Source of the DNA: Vulcanimicrobiota bacterium | GTDB lineage: Bacteria > Vulcanimicrobiota > Vulcanimicrobiia > Vulcanimicrobiales > Vulcanimicrobiaceae | Direction of reading: 5' to 3' | Length of the DNA: 64,000 nucleotides | Assembly (NCBI GenBank): GCA_963723515.1 | Contig: CAVRQT010000001.1 | Coordinates: 64,001 to 128,000, forward strand | Shown: piece by piece, positions 1-10,279 of the stretch | How the letters are laid out: each line of letters starts with the position of its first letter | Numbering within the stretch: the first letter of the stretch is position 1 | Notes under the pieces: generated by a model | The model's input: only the letters and a program-made list of their open reading frames with translations | What the model was told of the DNA's origin: nothing | Databases searched by the model: none | Made by a program: the position numbers and the translations under genes

Positions 1-494
1 CGTCAACGCGCAAAATCATCTGCACGTGCATCCCACGATTCTTACGTCGATCATGCGGATCGGCGCCGGAGTACGGCATGCGCTCCGTGCGCGTGCCGCG
101 TGAGCCGTTCTTTGCATCCTGGTCGGCAAGCCATGACCGGCTCTGGCCGCGCTTTGCCAACGCGTTCTTTCTTTGGCCCTGGCTCACGCTAATGCACTGG
201 CGGCTAAAACGCGCGGGCCTGAAGACGAACGATTTTGTTTTCGGAATGAACGATAGCGGTCGAATGACATCCCAGCGCGTGCTCGCGTTTCTGGCCCATC
301 TCCCGCGCGGCATCTGCGAGATGTACTTTCATCCCGCGACCGAGCCGTGGCCGGACATCGAGCGCGCGATTGCGGAGTATCAATTCGGCGAGGAGCTGCG
401 CGCGCTGACGAGCCCCGACGTCGCTGCTGCGGTGCGCCGTTTGGGGCTGGTGCCCGTCGCATTCAGCGATGTCGTTGAGAAATATGCTGCGTAG
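1..494 (+). CDS. hpnK: Hopanoid biosynthesis-associated protein HpnK (YdjC family), 5' partial; apparent frameshift near 68
   Basis: VNAQNHLHVHPT and EMYFHPA motifs of the YdjC/HpnK family; directly upstream of an HpnI-like glycosyltransferase. Confidence 0.75.
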   Translation, partial: STRKIICTCIPRFLRRSCGSAPEYGMRSVRVPREPFFASWSASHDRLWPRFANAFFLWPWLTLMHWRLKRAGLKTNDFVFGMNDSGRMTSQRVLAFLAHLPRGICEMYFHPATEPWPDIERAIAEYQFGEELRALTSPDVAAAVRRLGLVPVAFSDVVEKYAA

Positions 495-1633
495 ATTGCT
501 GCGCGTTGCAGCGCTCGCCGCAAGCGTTACGGGGATCGGATACCTTGCGGTTGCGCGCCGCTGCGTTGCAGACTTTCAAGAGCGCTTGCCCGACTGCCGG
601 CGGCGCGCAGCCGCCGGTAACGATTTTCAAACCGCTGCGGGGCGACGAACCGGAGCTCTACGAAAACTTGCGCTCGTTCTGCGAACAGGATTATCACGAC
701 TTTCGCGTCATCTTCGGCGTCGCGGATGCGGGCGATCCGGCGCTTGCGATCGCTCAGCGCGTGCGCGATTCGCTGCCCGGCCGCGACATCGTCATCTCCG
801 TTGGCGCAGACACCTCGCCCAATCCGAAAGTCGCCAATCTCTCGCGCATGTCGGCGCAAGCTCGAGGCGACATCTTTGTGATCGCGGATAGCGATATGCG
901 CGTCGACCGGAGGTATCTCCGTGCGATCGTGGCGTCATTTGATGATGAGCGGATCGGCGCGGTGACATGCTTGTACCGTGCCGTTGCCTGCAATGGAGTC
1001 GCATCGACGCTCGGCGCAATGTACGTCAACGCCTACTTTGCGCCGTCGGTGCTGGTCGCGTGCAAATTGCAAGCGATCGGCTTTGCGCTCGGCGCCACGA
1101 TCGCGGTGCGCCGCAGCATCTTCGAAGCGTCCGGCGGCTTCGAAGCGCTTGGGTCGCATTTGGCGGATGATTACGAGCTCGGCCGGCGCACGCAAGAAGC
1201 GGGATACGAAGTGCGCCTCTCGCGCTATGTCGTCGAGAACGTTGTCGTGGAGCCGACATTGGGCGCATTAACGCACCATGAATTGCGGTGGGCGCGTACG
1301 ATCTCGGCAGTGCAGCCGATCGGTTATGCACTCTCCGGAATCACTTTTGCGTTCGCCTGGGCGCTGCTCTATCTGCTTCTTGGCGGAAATCGTCGTCGCG
1401 GGTTTCTCTTGGCGGCCGTTGCGCTTGCGTCACGTATCGCGCTGCAAAGGAACGCGTACGAGGCGCTGGGGTTGCAACGACAAGATCCACTTTGGCTGGC
1501 GCCGGCACGCGATGTGCTTGCGTTTGCGATTTGGGCGGCAAGTTTCATCGGACGTAAGGTGACTTGGCGCGAACAGACGCTCGAGCCGGATCGCCGCGGC
1601 CAACTGAAGACACCAGAACGCGCGCCAAGATGA
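484..1633 (+). CDS. hpnI: Bacteriohopanetetrol glucosamine biosynthesis glycosyltransferase HpnI (ceramide glucosyltransferase-like GT2); frameshift near 598
   Basis: PPVTIFKPLRG, NPKVANL, IADSDM, HLADDY and ELRWART motifs; N-terminal TM segment lies in the adjacent frame (ORF 469..891). Confidence 0.8.
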
Positions 1634-2829
1634 CGACCCTCCGCCCTTTCAGGCTGCGCAGAGCGACGCTCATCAACCTTTTCTGGATTCCGTTATCGCT
1701 GCAGGATGCCGCCGTCATGGCGATCGCGGTGCCTGCAAAATTGCTGCAACTTTCGCCGGTCAACTACCGTCACGATCTGGCGGTCATTGCCAGCGGCGTC
1801 GCGTTTGCCGCGATGGTCGTTCCCGCAGTTGCCGGCGCGCTCTCGGATTGGCTGCATCGCCGCGGCATCGACCGGCGCGGACTGATCCTTGCCGGCGCGC
1901 TCGTCGATGCGCCGGCACTCTGCCTCGCCGGTTTGACGAACTCGATGACCACGTTCATCGTGCTGCTCGTCATCTCGACGATCGGCTTCAACGTCAGCAT
2001 TGCGGCCTATCAGGCGGTGATCCCCGACGTCGTGCCGCGTCAGTCGTGGGGTCTTGTATCAGGCGTTCGCGGCGCTGCGGCGCTCGTGGGCACCATCATC
2101 GGACTTGCAATTGCCGGGACAACGAGTCCGCGGATCGCATTCTTGGCGATCGGCGTCTTGATCGGTGCCGGCGTCTTGACGTTGCTGCTGCTCGATGAAC
2201 GGCCGGCAACGGACCAAGAAGCGGCCGCTCGCGTCAAAGATTGGCACGATTTCATCCTCGTCTTCATCGCACGTGGTTTTGTCGTCTTCGGTCTGACGAT
2301 CCTGACGACGTTCGTGCTCTATTTCTTTCGCGACGTACTGCACAATGCGAATCCATCCGGCGGAACAGGACTCGTCGCCGGATGCTCGGTTTTTGGCGCG
2401 CTGCTCTCGAGCGTTTGGCTGGGTATCATCTCCGACCGAGCACCGCGCAAGCTCGTGGCCGCATTGTCATGCGTGCCGATGGCGATTGCTGGATTCGGCT
2501 TTGCGCTCGTTCCGTCGGAGAGCTGGATCCTGGCTTTCGGCGGACTCTTTGGCATTGGTTTCGGCGGCGCGCTTTCGACGGGATGGGCGCTCGGACTGGA
2601 AAGCGTTCCCCAGATGCGCGATGTTGCGCGTGATCTCGGTCTTTGGGGGATTGCATCGAATCTTCCGTCCGTTCTTGCGCCGCTGTGCGGTGGTTGGATT
2701 CTTGCACGAACCGGCGGTTCGTTGGAAGGGTATCGTTTCGTCTTTGCATCCGCGGGCGTGGCTTTCGCACTGGCGACTGGTGCAATTTTAGCAACGCGAG
2801 GAGCAGCATCGGTCGTGACGCGAACATAG
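1630..2829 (+). CDS. MFS transporter
   Basis: About 12 hydrophobic segments, GALSDW and GIISDRAPRK MFS loop motifs; ATGA overlap with hpnI. Confidence 0.8.
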   Translation: MTTLRPFRLRRATLINLFWIPLSLQDAAVMAIAVPAKLLQLSPVNYRHDLAVIASGVAFAAMVVPAVAGALSDWLHRRGIDRRGLILAGALVDAPALCLAGLTNSMTTFIVLLVISTIGFNVSIAAYQAVIPDVVPRQSWGLVSGVRGAAALVGTIIGLAIAGTTSPRIAFLAIGVLIGAGVLTLLLLDERPATDQEAAARVKDWHDFILVFIARGFVVFGLTILTTFVLYFFRDVLHNANPSGGTGLVAGCSVFGALLSSVWLGIISDRAPRKLVAALSCVPMAIAGFGFALVPSESWILAFGGLFGIGFGGALSTGWALGLESVPQMRDVARDLGLWGIASNLPSVLAPLCGGWILARTGGSLEGYRFVFASAGVAFALATGAILATRGAASVVTRT

Positions 2830-2835
2830 AAGTCC

Positions 2836-3360
2836 GTGAAAACGTCGCGGGCTTTATTTTTGTTGGTCCTCTTCGTGCTCGCGGCGATCGTTGCATGGGT
2901 CATCGTGCAACAGCACAACCGCACCGCGCTCAGCGAACGCATCACCGTGTACTATACGAAGCTTGACGGAACGACCGAAGTTCCGTGGACGATCACCGTG
3001 CGTCCGCAGGCGCCGGGTGAATCGGCGATTGAACGGTTGCACAACGTGGCGCTTTACGCGGCGGTGCAAGCCGTCGCCGGGCCGTCGAGCACGATCGATG
3101 CCATTCGGTTCCCACCTGGAACGCACGTGCGGTCGATTGTCGTTGATGGTTCAACGGCAGTCGTCGACCTCTCCGGCGAGGTCCGTTCAGCGGTCGGCGG
3201 CAGCCTTGGAGAATCCGGTGAATTTAAGTCGCTCGTTTGGACGTTGACCGGACTGCCGGGAATCAACGCGGTCGGTGTTCTTGTTAATGGGGAACGCCTC
3301 GATGCGTTGCCCGGAGGTCATCTTGCGCTCGATACGCCTTTGCGCCGTTCGGACTGGTAG
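2836..3360 (+). CDS. GerMN domain-containing protein
   Basis: N-terminal TM, FPPGTHV...AVVDLS, SLVWTLTGLPGINAVGVLVNG; adjacent to amidase and murI. Confidence 0.75.
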   Translation: MKTSRALFLLVLFVLAAIVAWVIVQQHNRTALSERITVYYTKLDGTTEVPWTITVRPQAPGESAIERLHNVALYAAVQAVAGPSSTIDAIRFPPGTHVRSIVVDGSTAVVDLSGEVRSAVGGSLGESGEFKSLVWTLTGLPGINAVGVLVNGERLDALPGGHLALDTPLRRSDW

Positions 3361-5221
3361 CGCGGCCCTGATCGCCGCGATGCTGGTGCTTGCTGCGGCG
3401 AATGTGGCTCGCGCAGCAGCGCCGGCACCGAGTTACTGGTTCGGCAAGCAACGGCTCACATTCACTCGGATCATCCCCCAGAAGAACGATGCAGCCATTG
3501 CGCTGCACGATGCGGCGTTGCAGGCCTTGCTTTCAAAGCTTGGCGTCGCCGTCGCGTGGAGTCCAGGTGAGCGCTACGTCTTGCTGACGACGCCTGAGCC
3601 GCGCATCATCAGCTTTTCAATCGGTGACCCGCGATACGATCTCGAGGACGTCTCGGCGCAAGCGCCGTTCGCGCCGTTCGTGCGTGACAACGACGTGTAT
3701 CTGCCGATGCAGACCCTGTTGCGCGCGCTGTATTTGGAACCGAAGAACGATCGCGGACAAATGGTGTTGCAACCACAGATCGCAGTCGCTGACATCCAGT
3801 CGACACGCGACGGCTCGCTGCTCGTCGTGCATGCGGCTCTTCCGCCCCACGCGAAAAAAGTGTCCGCGCCGCCGGGCCGCGTCATCTACGACTTTCCGGG
3901 TTTCGGCAGCACGCTGCAGCGCAGCCGTAAGATGCGCGATTCAGCGATTTCTGAACTGGACGTGCAGATGGGCGGAACGACGCGCGATCCCGACACGCGC
4001 GTCACGGTCGTGCTCGCGCCGCATGCGCGCGCCGACGACGGGCAAACCGGTCAGCATCTCGACTTCTCGCTTGCGCTGCACGGTGGTCCGCCGGCATTCC
4101 GATATCCCGCGCCGCCCTCACCACCGCCGCCGATAAGAGAGAGCACGCCGACGCCGGAGCCGACACCCCCGGAGGAGTCGCCCCAGCCAACTGCAGCCTC
4201 AATGGCAACGGTCACCGACGTCAACGCGCAGCCGGGCGAGGGCGAATTCAATCTGCAGATCGCCGTTGAGGGAAACGCGAACTATGAATGGCATCGTCTT
4301 CTCGACGACCGCTGGTATGTTGACATCCATCCGGCGCAATTGCGCAGCGGACCGCGAGACGAATCGCCGTCTTCGCCGCAAGTTGCGTCGCTGCGTGTGC
4401 ACCAACTGTCGAACGACACGGTTCGCGTCGCGCTCACGCTGAGCGGACAAAAAGAAGTCGACGTCGTGCCTTCGCAAAGCGGGCTTGCGATTTCGGTTAA
4501 AGATATGCCGGCTGATATCGCGACGCGCACCGGTTCGGGAACGATTGGTGAAGCAGCGGCCGCCGCGCCGTCCCCAGCGCCTTCGGGTTGGAAGTATGCT
4601 CCGACCAGCGGCCCATCGTCGGTGGCGACGAATCCGCGCTTGATCGTCATCGATCCGGGCCACGGCGGCAGCGACACGGGCGCTCAAAACAGCGGGCTCA
4701 TGGAAAAGCAAATCACGCTGGACATCTCATCGCGTTTGCGATCGATCTTGACGGTACGCGGCTGGGAAGTGCGCATGACGCGCGCGGGAGATTCCGACGT
4801 CTATGGCCCCGGCGCATCCGATCGCGATGAATTGCAAGCGCGCGTCGACGTCGCAAACAATGGCGGCGCCAGGCTCTTCGTGTCGATTCACGTCAATAGC
4901 TTCGGCAACAGTCGTCCAAGCGGGACGACGACGTATTACTACAAACCGGAAGACCTCGCGTTTGCAAGTGCAATCCACCATCGCCTAGTCTCCGAAGATC
5001 TCGGAACGAAGGACGACGGCGTCATCAAAGAGAGTCTCTACGTCGTGCACCACACGACGATGCCGGCGGTTCTCGTCGAAACCGCATTCCTTTCGAATCC
5101 TGACGATCGCGCGCTATTGCGCTCGCCGGATTGGTTGCAGAAAGTTGCCCGCGCGATAGCGGACGGCATCACGGATTTCGCCGGCGCACCACGCAGAAAT
5201 CAGCCGAGCGTTCAGCGGTAG
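3302..5221 (+). CDS. N-acetylmuramoyl-L-alanine amidase (AMIN-like domains plus Amidase_3); start uncertain
   Basis: IVIDPGHGGSD, EKQITL, FVSIHVNS and AVLVETAFLSN motifs; signal peptide; Pro-rich linker. Confidence 0.9.
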   Translation: MRCPEVILRSIRLCAVRTGSAALIAAMLVLAAANVARAAAPAPSYWFGKQRLTFTRIIPQKNDAAIALHDAALQALLSKLGVAVAWSPGERYVLLTTPEPRIISFSIGDPRYDLEDVSAQAPFAPFVRDNDVYLPMQTLLRALYLEPKNDRGQMVLQPQIAVADIQSTRDGSLLVVHAALPPHAKKVSAPPGRVIYDFPGFGSTLQRSRKMRDSAISELDVQMGGTTRDPDTRVTVVLAPHARADDGQTGQHLDFSLALHGGPPAFRYPAPPSPPPPIRESTPTPEPTPPEESPQPTAASMATVTDVNAQPGEGEFNLQIAVEGNANYEWHRLLDDRWYVDIHPAQLRSGPRDESPSSPQVASLRVHQLSNDTVRVALTLSGQKEVDVVPSQSGLAISVKDMPADIATRTGSGTIGEAAAAAPSPAPSGWKYAPTSGPSSVATNPRLIVIDPGHGGSDTGAQNSGLMEKQITLDISSRLRSILTVRGWEVRMTRAGDSDVYGPGASDRDELQARVDVANNGGARLFVSIHVNSFGNSRPSGTTTYYYKPEDLAFASAIHHRLVSEDLGTKDDGVIKESLYVVHHTTMPAVLVETAFLSNPDDRALLRSPDWLQKVARAIADGITDFAGAPRRNQPSVQR

Positions 5222-5237
5222 GCTAGTGGCGCACTAA

Positions 5238-6011
5238 GTGCTGGGCATATTTGATTCCGGGTTAGGCGGGCTCTCCGTCGTGCGCCGCCTCAAAGAGCGC
5301 TTGCCGCACCACGAGCTGCTCTTCTTTGCCGATCAAGCGCACGTGCCGTACGGCGATCGAGAGCCGAACGACCTCGCCGCGCTTCTTGGAAAAAACGTTC
5401 GTTTCCTGAATGATGCGGGGGCTTCGATGATTGTGGTCGGCTGCAACACATCGTGCGCGATCGCGCAGCGTTTCGGCTGGCCGCAGTCAAGAGCACCGAT
5501 CGTCGATCTGATCGAATCGGCGGCGCGGGCGGTCGCTCGCGAGCAGTTCGATCGCGTCGGCGTCGTGGCGACGAATGCAACGGTGAACGCGAAGGCCTAC
5601 ACACGTGCGATTCAGGCGCATCACGCCGGCGCGACGGTGGTCGAGGTCGCCGCTCCGGCACTCGTCCCGCTCGTCGAAGCCGGCAAAGCCGGCACGCAAG
5701 AAGCGCATGAAGCGGTCGCTGAAGTCTGCGCACAGTTGCCGCGCAATTTGGATGCGGTGATCTTGGCGTGCACGCATTATCCCATTTTGGATTTACACTT
5801 TGCGGATGCGCTCGGCGAGGATGTCGTTCGGATCGATCCGGCCATCGAACAAGCGGAGCGCGCCGCCGAGCTCGCCGTTGCAAACGGAATCGCTCGCGGC
5901 GTTGCGCCGACAAGTTACGTGACGAGCGGCGATGTAGAACGTTTTGGTATCGCGGTGCGCATGATCATGGGCGAATTTGAACCCAACGTGAGGTCGGTCG
6001 CGCTCGTTTAG
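5238..6011 (+). CDS. murI: Glutamate racemase
   Basis: GIFDSGLGGLSV, VPYG, GCNT and ACTHYP motifs. Confidence 0.95.
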   Translation: MLGIFDSGLGGLSVVRRLKERLPHHELLFFADQAHVPYGDREPNDLAALLGKNVRFLNDAGASMIVVGCNTSCAIAQRFGWPQSRAPIVDLIESAARAVAREQFDRVGVVATNATVNAKAYTRAIQAHHAGATVVEVAAPALVPLVEAGKAGTQEAHEAVAEVCAQLPRNLDAVILACTHYPILDLHFADALGEDVVRIDPAIEQAERAAELAVANGIARGVAPTSYVTSGDVERFGIAVRMIMGEFEPNVRSVALV

Positions 6012-6029
6012 CGACGACGTTCTACGCGG

Positions 6030-6701
6030 CTACAGCTTGGTCACATGGAACAGCTGGAAGAACAGGCCGACTGAGAACGTTGCGAGCGCTGCGCCGGCGA
6101 CGACCTGCATGATCGTGTGCGCGCGCAAATAGACGCGCGCCCAACACACCATCGGAATCAACACCAAGAACGGCAACGGCTCGCGCCCGTACAGCAAACA
6201 GAGGACGACGAGGGGCGCAGTGATGCCGAGAGCATGGGTGCTGATCTTCCAATACCGGGTGATGTATTGGACGACGATCGTGCTGAGCGTGTAACCGGCA
6301 AGCGTCGCGATCAACAGACGCGGTGAGTGCATCAACCACAGCACGGCCGTTCCGGCGATATAAAAGATCACCACCGCTCCGAAGATACGCTCGCGTTCCA
6401 AGCGATTCGACATCTCGAGATCGGTGATGCGATCCGTCGAGTACATCCAGAAGATGAAGAGCATCGGCCCGATCGACGTGAAGAACGCGGTGAGAAACGC
6501 GAGCCACCAAAATGAAAGCGTGCTCGTGCTCGCCAGGGCATGAGCGAGGATCACGCAGAGTGCGAGCGCGCACAAGAACGGATTGAAGATGGTCGAGAGA
6601 ATCCGTGCTAGGTCGCGCCAGACATCACGCCGCTTGCGCAACGCGACCGGGGCTGCGGAGCTTGTCCTGAGCGAAGTCGAAGGGCCGCCTGTCCGCTCCA
6701 T
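6030..6701 (-). CDS. PAP2-family membrane phosphatase-like protein with an in-frame REP-derived peptide near the N-terminus
   Basis: WKISTH and WARVYLRAHT..QVVAG motifs; ATG at 6701 preceded by GGGAGAG. Confidence 0.75.
   Translation of the reverse strand: MERTGGPSTSLRTSSAAPVALRKRRDVWRDLARILSTIFNPFLCALALCVILAHALASTSTLSFWWLAFLTAFFTSIGPMLFIFWMYSTDRITDLEMSNRLERERIFGAVVIFYIAGTAVLWLMHSPRLLIATLAGYTLSTIVVQYITRYWKISTHALGITAPLVVLCLLYGREPLPFLVLIPMVCWARVYLRAHTIMQVVAGAALATFSVGLFFQLFHVTKL
6660..6686 (-). repeat. REP-like hairpin copy, in-frame in PAP2 gene (GPSTSLRTS)
   Basis: ggcccttcgacttcgctcaggacaagc on minus strand; 26/27 identical to 28447..28473. Confidence 0.9.
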
Positions 6702-6795
6702 TGCGGCGTCTCTCCCAATCGCGGCAGGGAAATCCTCGCATTCGAGGCCTTCGGGCAACGGACGCGCCGCCGCCTGCGTCGAACGAGGGCGGCCA

Positions 6796-8676
6796 ATGAT
6801 TCTCGAACGCATCAACCGCCCCGCCGACGTCAAGAAACTCTCTCGTCCCGAACTCGATGAACTAGCCGCCGAAATTCGCGAGCAACTCGTTTCGGTTTGC
6901 TCGCGCAACGGCGGCCATCTTGCACCGAACCTGGGCGTCGTTGAATTGACCCTTGCGTTGCATCGGGTTCTCAACTTGCCAAGCGACAGGCTCGTCTGGG
7001 ACGTGAGCCACCAAACCTACGTCCATAAGTTGCTCACCGGCCGGCGCGATCGTTTCTCGACGATCCGCAAAGGCGGCGGCCTCTCCGGGTTCGCGATGCG
7101 AAGCGAGTCGGAATACGATCCGTTCGGCGCGGGACATGCGTCCACAGGCGTCTCGTCGGCGCTCGGTATGGCAACGGCGCGCGATCTGACGCAACAGCAA
7201 CACGCAGTCGTCGCGGTGTTAGGCGACGGCGCGTTGACCGGCGGCCTGGCGTATGAAGCGCTCAATAACGCGGGGCAGCTGAAGACGAACTTCATCGTCA
7301 TCCTCAATGACAACGAGATGTCGATCGCGCCTAACGTCGGGTCGATTGCCTCATATCTCTCCGTCCTGCGCAGCAAGCCGATCTTCAACGCGGCGCGCGA
7401 GGCGACCAAGGACGTTCTCGACCACATCCCCTTCGGAGGCACCGCGCGCAAGGCGCTCTCAAGCGCGGAAGTCGGCGCGATCCGTTTCTTTGCGCCTTCC
7501 GAAAAGGCGGCGGTGATTTTCGAAGAGCTCGGATTCCGCTACATGGGGCCGCTCGACGGCCACAATCTGGACGTGTTGATCGATGCGCTGGAGACGGCGC
7601 GCAACATCGAAGGTCCCGTGCTGATTCACATTCGCACGATCAAAGGCAAAGGCTATGCCGTAGCCGAGTCGGACTCGCGCACGTTCCACGGCTGTCCGCC
7701 GTTCGAGATTCAAAATGGAACGATTGAGAAGAAGCCTGGTGCGCGCCCTACATTCGCCGATGTTTTCGGGGACGCGATGAACGTGGTTGCCGAACGCGAC
7801 TCGCGCGTTATCGGCATCACCGCCGCGATGCCGGACGGCACGAAGCTCTCAAAATTTGCGAAGCGTTTTCCGGATCGCTATTTCGACGTCGGCATCGCCG
7901 AAGCGCATGCGGTCTGCTTTGCGGCCGGCGCTGCGACCGCCGGACTCAAACCGGTCTGCGCGATTTACTCGACGTTCTTGCAGCGCGCGTACGACCAAGT
8001 CGTCCACGATGTTGTCGTTCAGAATTTGCCGGTCGTCTTCTGCATGGACCGCGCGGGTTTCGTCGGCGACGACGGTCCAACGCACATGGGGCTGTACGAT
8101 ATCGCCTACCTGCGCACGCTGCCGAACATGACGATCATGGCGCCGCGCGACGAAGATGAGCTTCTGCCGATGCTCGAGCACGCGCTTTCCCTCGACGCGC
8201 CGGCTGCGATTCGATATCCGCGCGGCAGCACCGCCGGCTCGCATCAGGAGCCGCATGCGCCGATCGTGCACGGCCGCGCCGAAGTGCTGCGTAAAGGAAG
8301 CGGCGTCGCCGTTCTTGCGCTCGGCAACACGGTTGAAACGGCGCTCGACGCCTACGATCTGTTGCCTGAGGACGGGCCGCGTCCGACGATCGTCAACGCG
8401 CGCTTCGCAAAGCCGCTCGATGAGCCGCTGCTGATCGAACTTGCCGGCGACCACGAGCGTTTTCTTACCTTAGAAGAACACTCGCTCGCGGGGGGCTTCG
8501 GTTCGGCGGTCGCGGAGTTCGTTTCGGATCACGGCCTTGGCATCTCGATCGAACGGATCGGCGTGCCGAACGTGCTCGTGCAGCACGATAGCCAGCCAAA
8601 ACAACGTGCCCAGTTCGGGCTGCAGGCCGAGAGCCTGGCAGCGCGGTTGGCGCTCAGGACGGAGTCCAAAGTTTGA
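6796..8676 (+). CDS. dxs: 1-deoxy-D-xylulose-5-phosphate synthase
   Basis: GGHLAPNLGVVELT, GHASTG, GDGALTGG, GIAEAHAV and DGPTHMG motifs; true start MILERIN at 6796. Confidence 0.97.
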   Translation: MILERINRPADVKKLSRPELDELAAEIREQLVSVCSRNGGHLAPNLGVVELTLALHRVLNLPSDRLVWDVSHQTYVHKLLTGRRDRFSTIRKGGGLSGFAMRSESEYDPFGAGHASTGVSSALGMATARDLTQQQHAVVAVLGDGALTGGLAYEALNNAGQLKTNFIVILNDNEMSIAPNVGSIASYLSVLRSKPIFNAAREATKDVLDHIPFGGTARKALSSAEVGAIRFFAPSEKAAVIFEELGFRYMGPLDGHNLDVLIDALETARNIEGPVLIHIRTIKGKGYAVAESDSRTFHGCPPFEIQNGTIEKKPGARPTFADVFGDAMNVVAERDSRVIGITAAMPDGTKLSKFAKRFPDRYFDVGIAEAHAVCFAAGAATAGLKPVCAIYSTFLQRAYDQVVHDVVVQNLPVVFCMDRAGFVGDDGPTHMGLYDIAYLRTLPNMTIMAPRDEDELLPMLEHALSLDAPAAIRYPRGSTAGSHQEPHAPIVHGRAEVLRKGSGVAVLALGNTVETALDAYDLLPEDGPRPTIVNARFAKPLDEPLLIELAGDHERFLTLEEHSLAGGFGSAVAEFVSDHGLGISIERIGVPNVLVQHDSQPKQRAQFGLQAESLAARLALRTESKV

Positions 8677-9017
8677 TCGATCTTCTCTTGGCGGCAACCT
8701 CAGCGCCGCTTCTAACGCCGGCGCCTATCGCGCCGAATCTTACGCCGACTCAAGTTCCGCATTCGTGGGTCGCGCAGCATTTGCCGTGGGCGACGCACGC
8801 GTTTGCGGGCCTCGCAATCATCTTTGCGCTCGCGTTGATCTTCTTGCTGGCGATTCAAACGACGAAGCAAGAGGGACTTTCGGGAACGATCGGCGGTCGC
8901 GTGGAGTCTGCATACCGCGGCCGGCTCGGCATGGAGGAAAACCTAAAGCGGTTGACCGGCTTTGTGGCGGTGTGCCTAGTCGTCTTCTGGGCGATCCTCT
9001 CGCTGACGGGAATCTAG
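8673..9017 (+). CDS. secG: Preprotein translocase subunit SecG
   Basis: Two TM helices flanking LLAIQTTKQEGLSGTIGG...LKRLT. Confidence 0.8.
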   Translation: MIDLLLAATSAPLLTPAPIAPNLTPTQVPHSWVAQHLPWATHAFAGLAIIFALALIFLLAIQTTKQEGLSGTIGGRVESAYRGRLGMEENLKRLTGFVAVCLVVFWAILSLTGI

Positions 9018-9048
9018 AGCGATAGTTTTCAAGCGACGCATCATTATC

Positions 9049-9177
9049 TGTCACCCTGAGCCAGCCTGTGCTGAGCGGCGTCGAAGCATCGAAGTGCCAC
9101 AGATCATGCCTTCTGCGACGGGCAATCACTTTGATCGCGCAAGATAGCGGCTGATGCTTCGACGAGCTCAGCTGACA
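9049..9177. repeat. Intergenic inverted REP pair; left copy has a second copy nested inside it
   Basis: tgtcaccctgagc-cag-[cctgtgctgagcggcgtcgaagca]-tcgaagtgcc at 9049..9098; inverted tgcttcgacgagctcagctgaca at 9155..9177. Confidence 0.85.
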
Positions 9178-9220
9178 GGGAGCGGTCTGCGTCCGTCATT
9201 AGCAGCGGAGCGCCTTCTAA

Positions 9221-10279
9221 TTGGCACTCCTAGAAGTTAAGAATCTTCGCACGACGTTTTTGACCGAAGACGGCTTGGTGACCGCCGTTAACGGTCTCTC
9301 GTATGCGATCGACGCCGGTTCCACGCTTGGCATCGTCGGAGAATCGGGATCCGGCAAGTCCGTCAACGCGCTCTCGATCATGCGGTTGATCCAGCGGCCC
9401 GGCAAGATCGAAGCCGGCGAAGTGTATTTGAACGGCGAGAATCTCCTGAAGAAGAGCGAGAACGAGATGCGCCACATTCGCGGCAACGAGATCGCTATGA
9501 TCTTCCAGGACCCGATGACCTCGCTCAACCCGGTGCTCACGATCGGCGAACAGATCTCAGAGGCGATTCAATTGCATCTCGGCTACAACCGCAAAGAGGC
9601 GCTTGCGAAGACGATCGACATGCTGCGGCTCGTCCGCATTCCCGCTCCGGAGAAGCGCGTGAGAGATTATCCGCACCAATTTTCCGGCGGCATGCGGCAG
9701 CGCGTCATGATCGCGATGTCACTCTCCTGCGAGCCGAAAGTTTTGATCGCCGACGAGCCGACGACGGCACTCGACGTCACGATTCAGGCGCAGATTCTGG
9801 AATTGATGAATGAGATGCAGACTCGCACCGGCACAGCGATCATCCTCATCACGCACGACCTGGGAATCGTCGCTGAAGTCTGCGAGAACGTTCTGGTAAT
9901 GTACGGCGGCAACATGGTCGAGTATGGCACGGCGGAACAGATCTTCGATCATCCGAAGATGCCGTACACGCAAGGCCTGCTCAGCTCGTTGCCGCGACTC
10001 GATGCGACCAAACCGGAACGCCTCGTGCCGATCAAAGGGCAGCCACCCAATTTGCTGCGCTTGCCGCCGGGTTGTGCATTCGCTCCGCGATGCGCCTTCC
10101 GGATGCCGATCTGCGATGAGCCCGTGCCGCTGTACGATTTCCAAGACGGCCATGTCGCGCGCTGCTACCTCTATGACGATCGCGCCGTCGGACAGCGGCC
10201 GATCGAGGTTGAGACCGCTCCCCGCGTTTCGCTCGAACAAGTCGCGGCAACGCCGCAAGAATTGGCGCAGAAGGCCTGA
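9221..10279 (+). CDS. oppD: Oligopeptide/dipeptide ABC transporter ATP-binding protein (OppD-like)
   Basis: [24 protein letters not shown] and C-terminal GCAFAPRC oligopeptide domain. Confidence 0.9.
   Translation: MALLEVKNLRTTFLTEDGLVTAVNGLSYAIDAGSTLGIVGESGSGKSVNALSIMRLIQRPGKIEAGEVYLNGENLLKKSENEMRHIRGNEIAMIFQDPMTSLNPVLTIGEQISEAIQLHLGYNRKEALAKTIDMLRLVRIPAPEKRVRDYPHQFSGGMRQRVMIAMSLSCEPKVLIADEPTTALDVTIQAQILELMNEMQTRTGTAIILITHDLGIVAEVCENVLVMYGGNMVEYGTAEQIFDHPKMPYTQGLLSSLPRLDATKPERLVPIKGQPPNLLRLPPGCAFAPRCAFRMPICDEPVPLYDFQDGHVARCYLYDDRAVGQRPIEVETAPRVSLEQVAATPQELAQKA

Noticed and set aside
6583..6974. Long head-to-head overlap of dxs and PAP2 ORFs
   Set aside because: ORF-caller extension; likely starts are 6796 (+) and 6701 (-), leaving a normal divergent gap.
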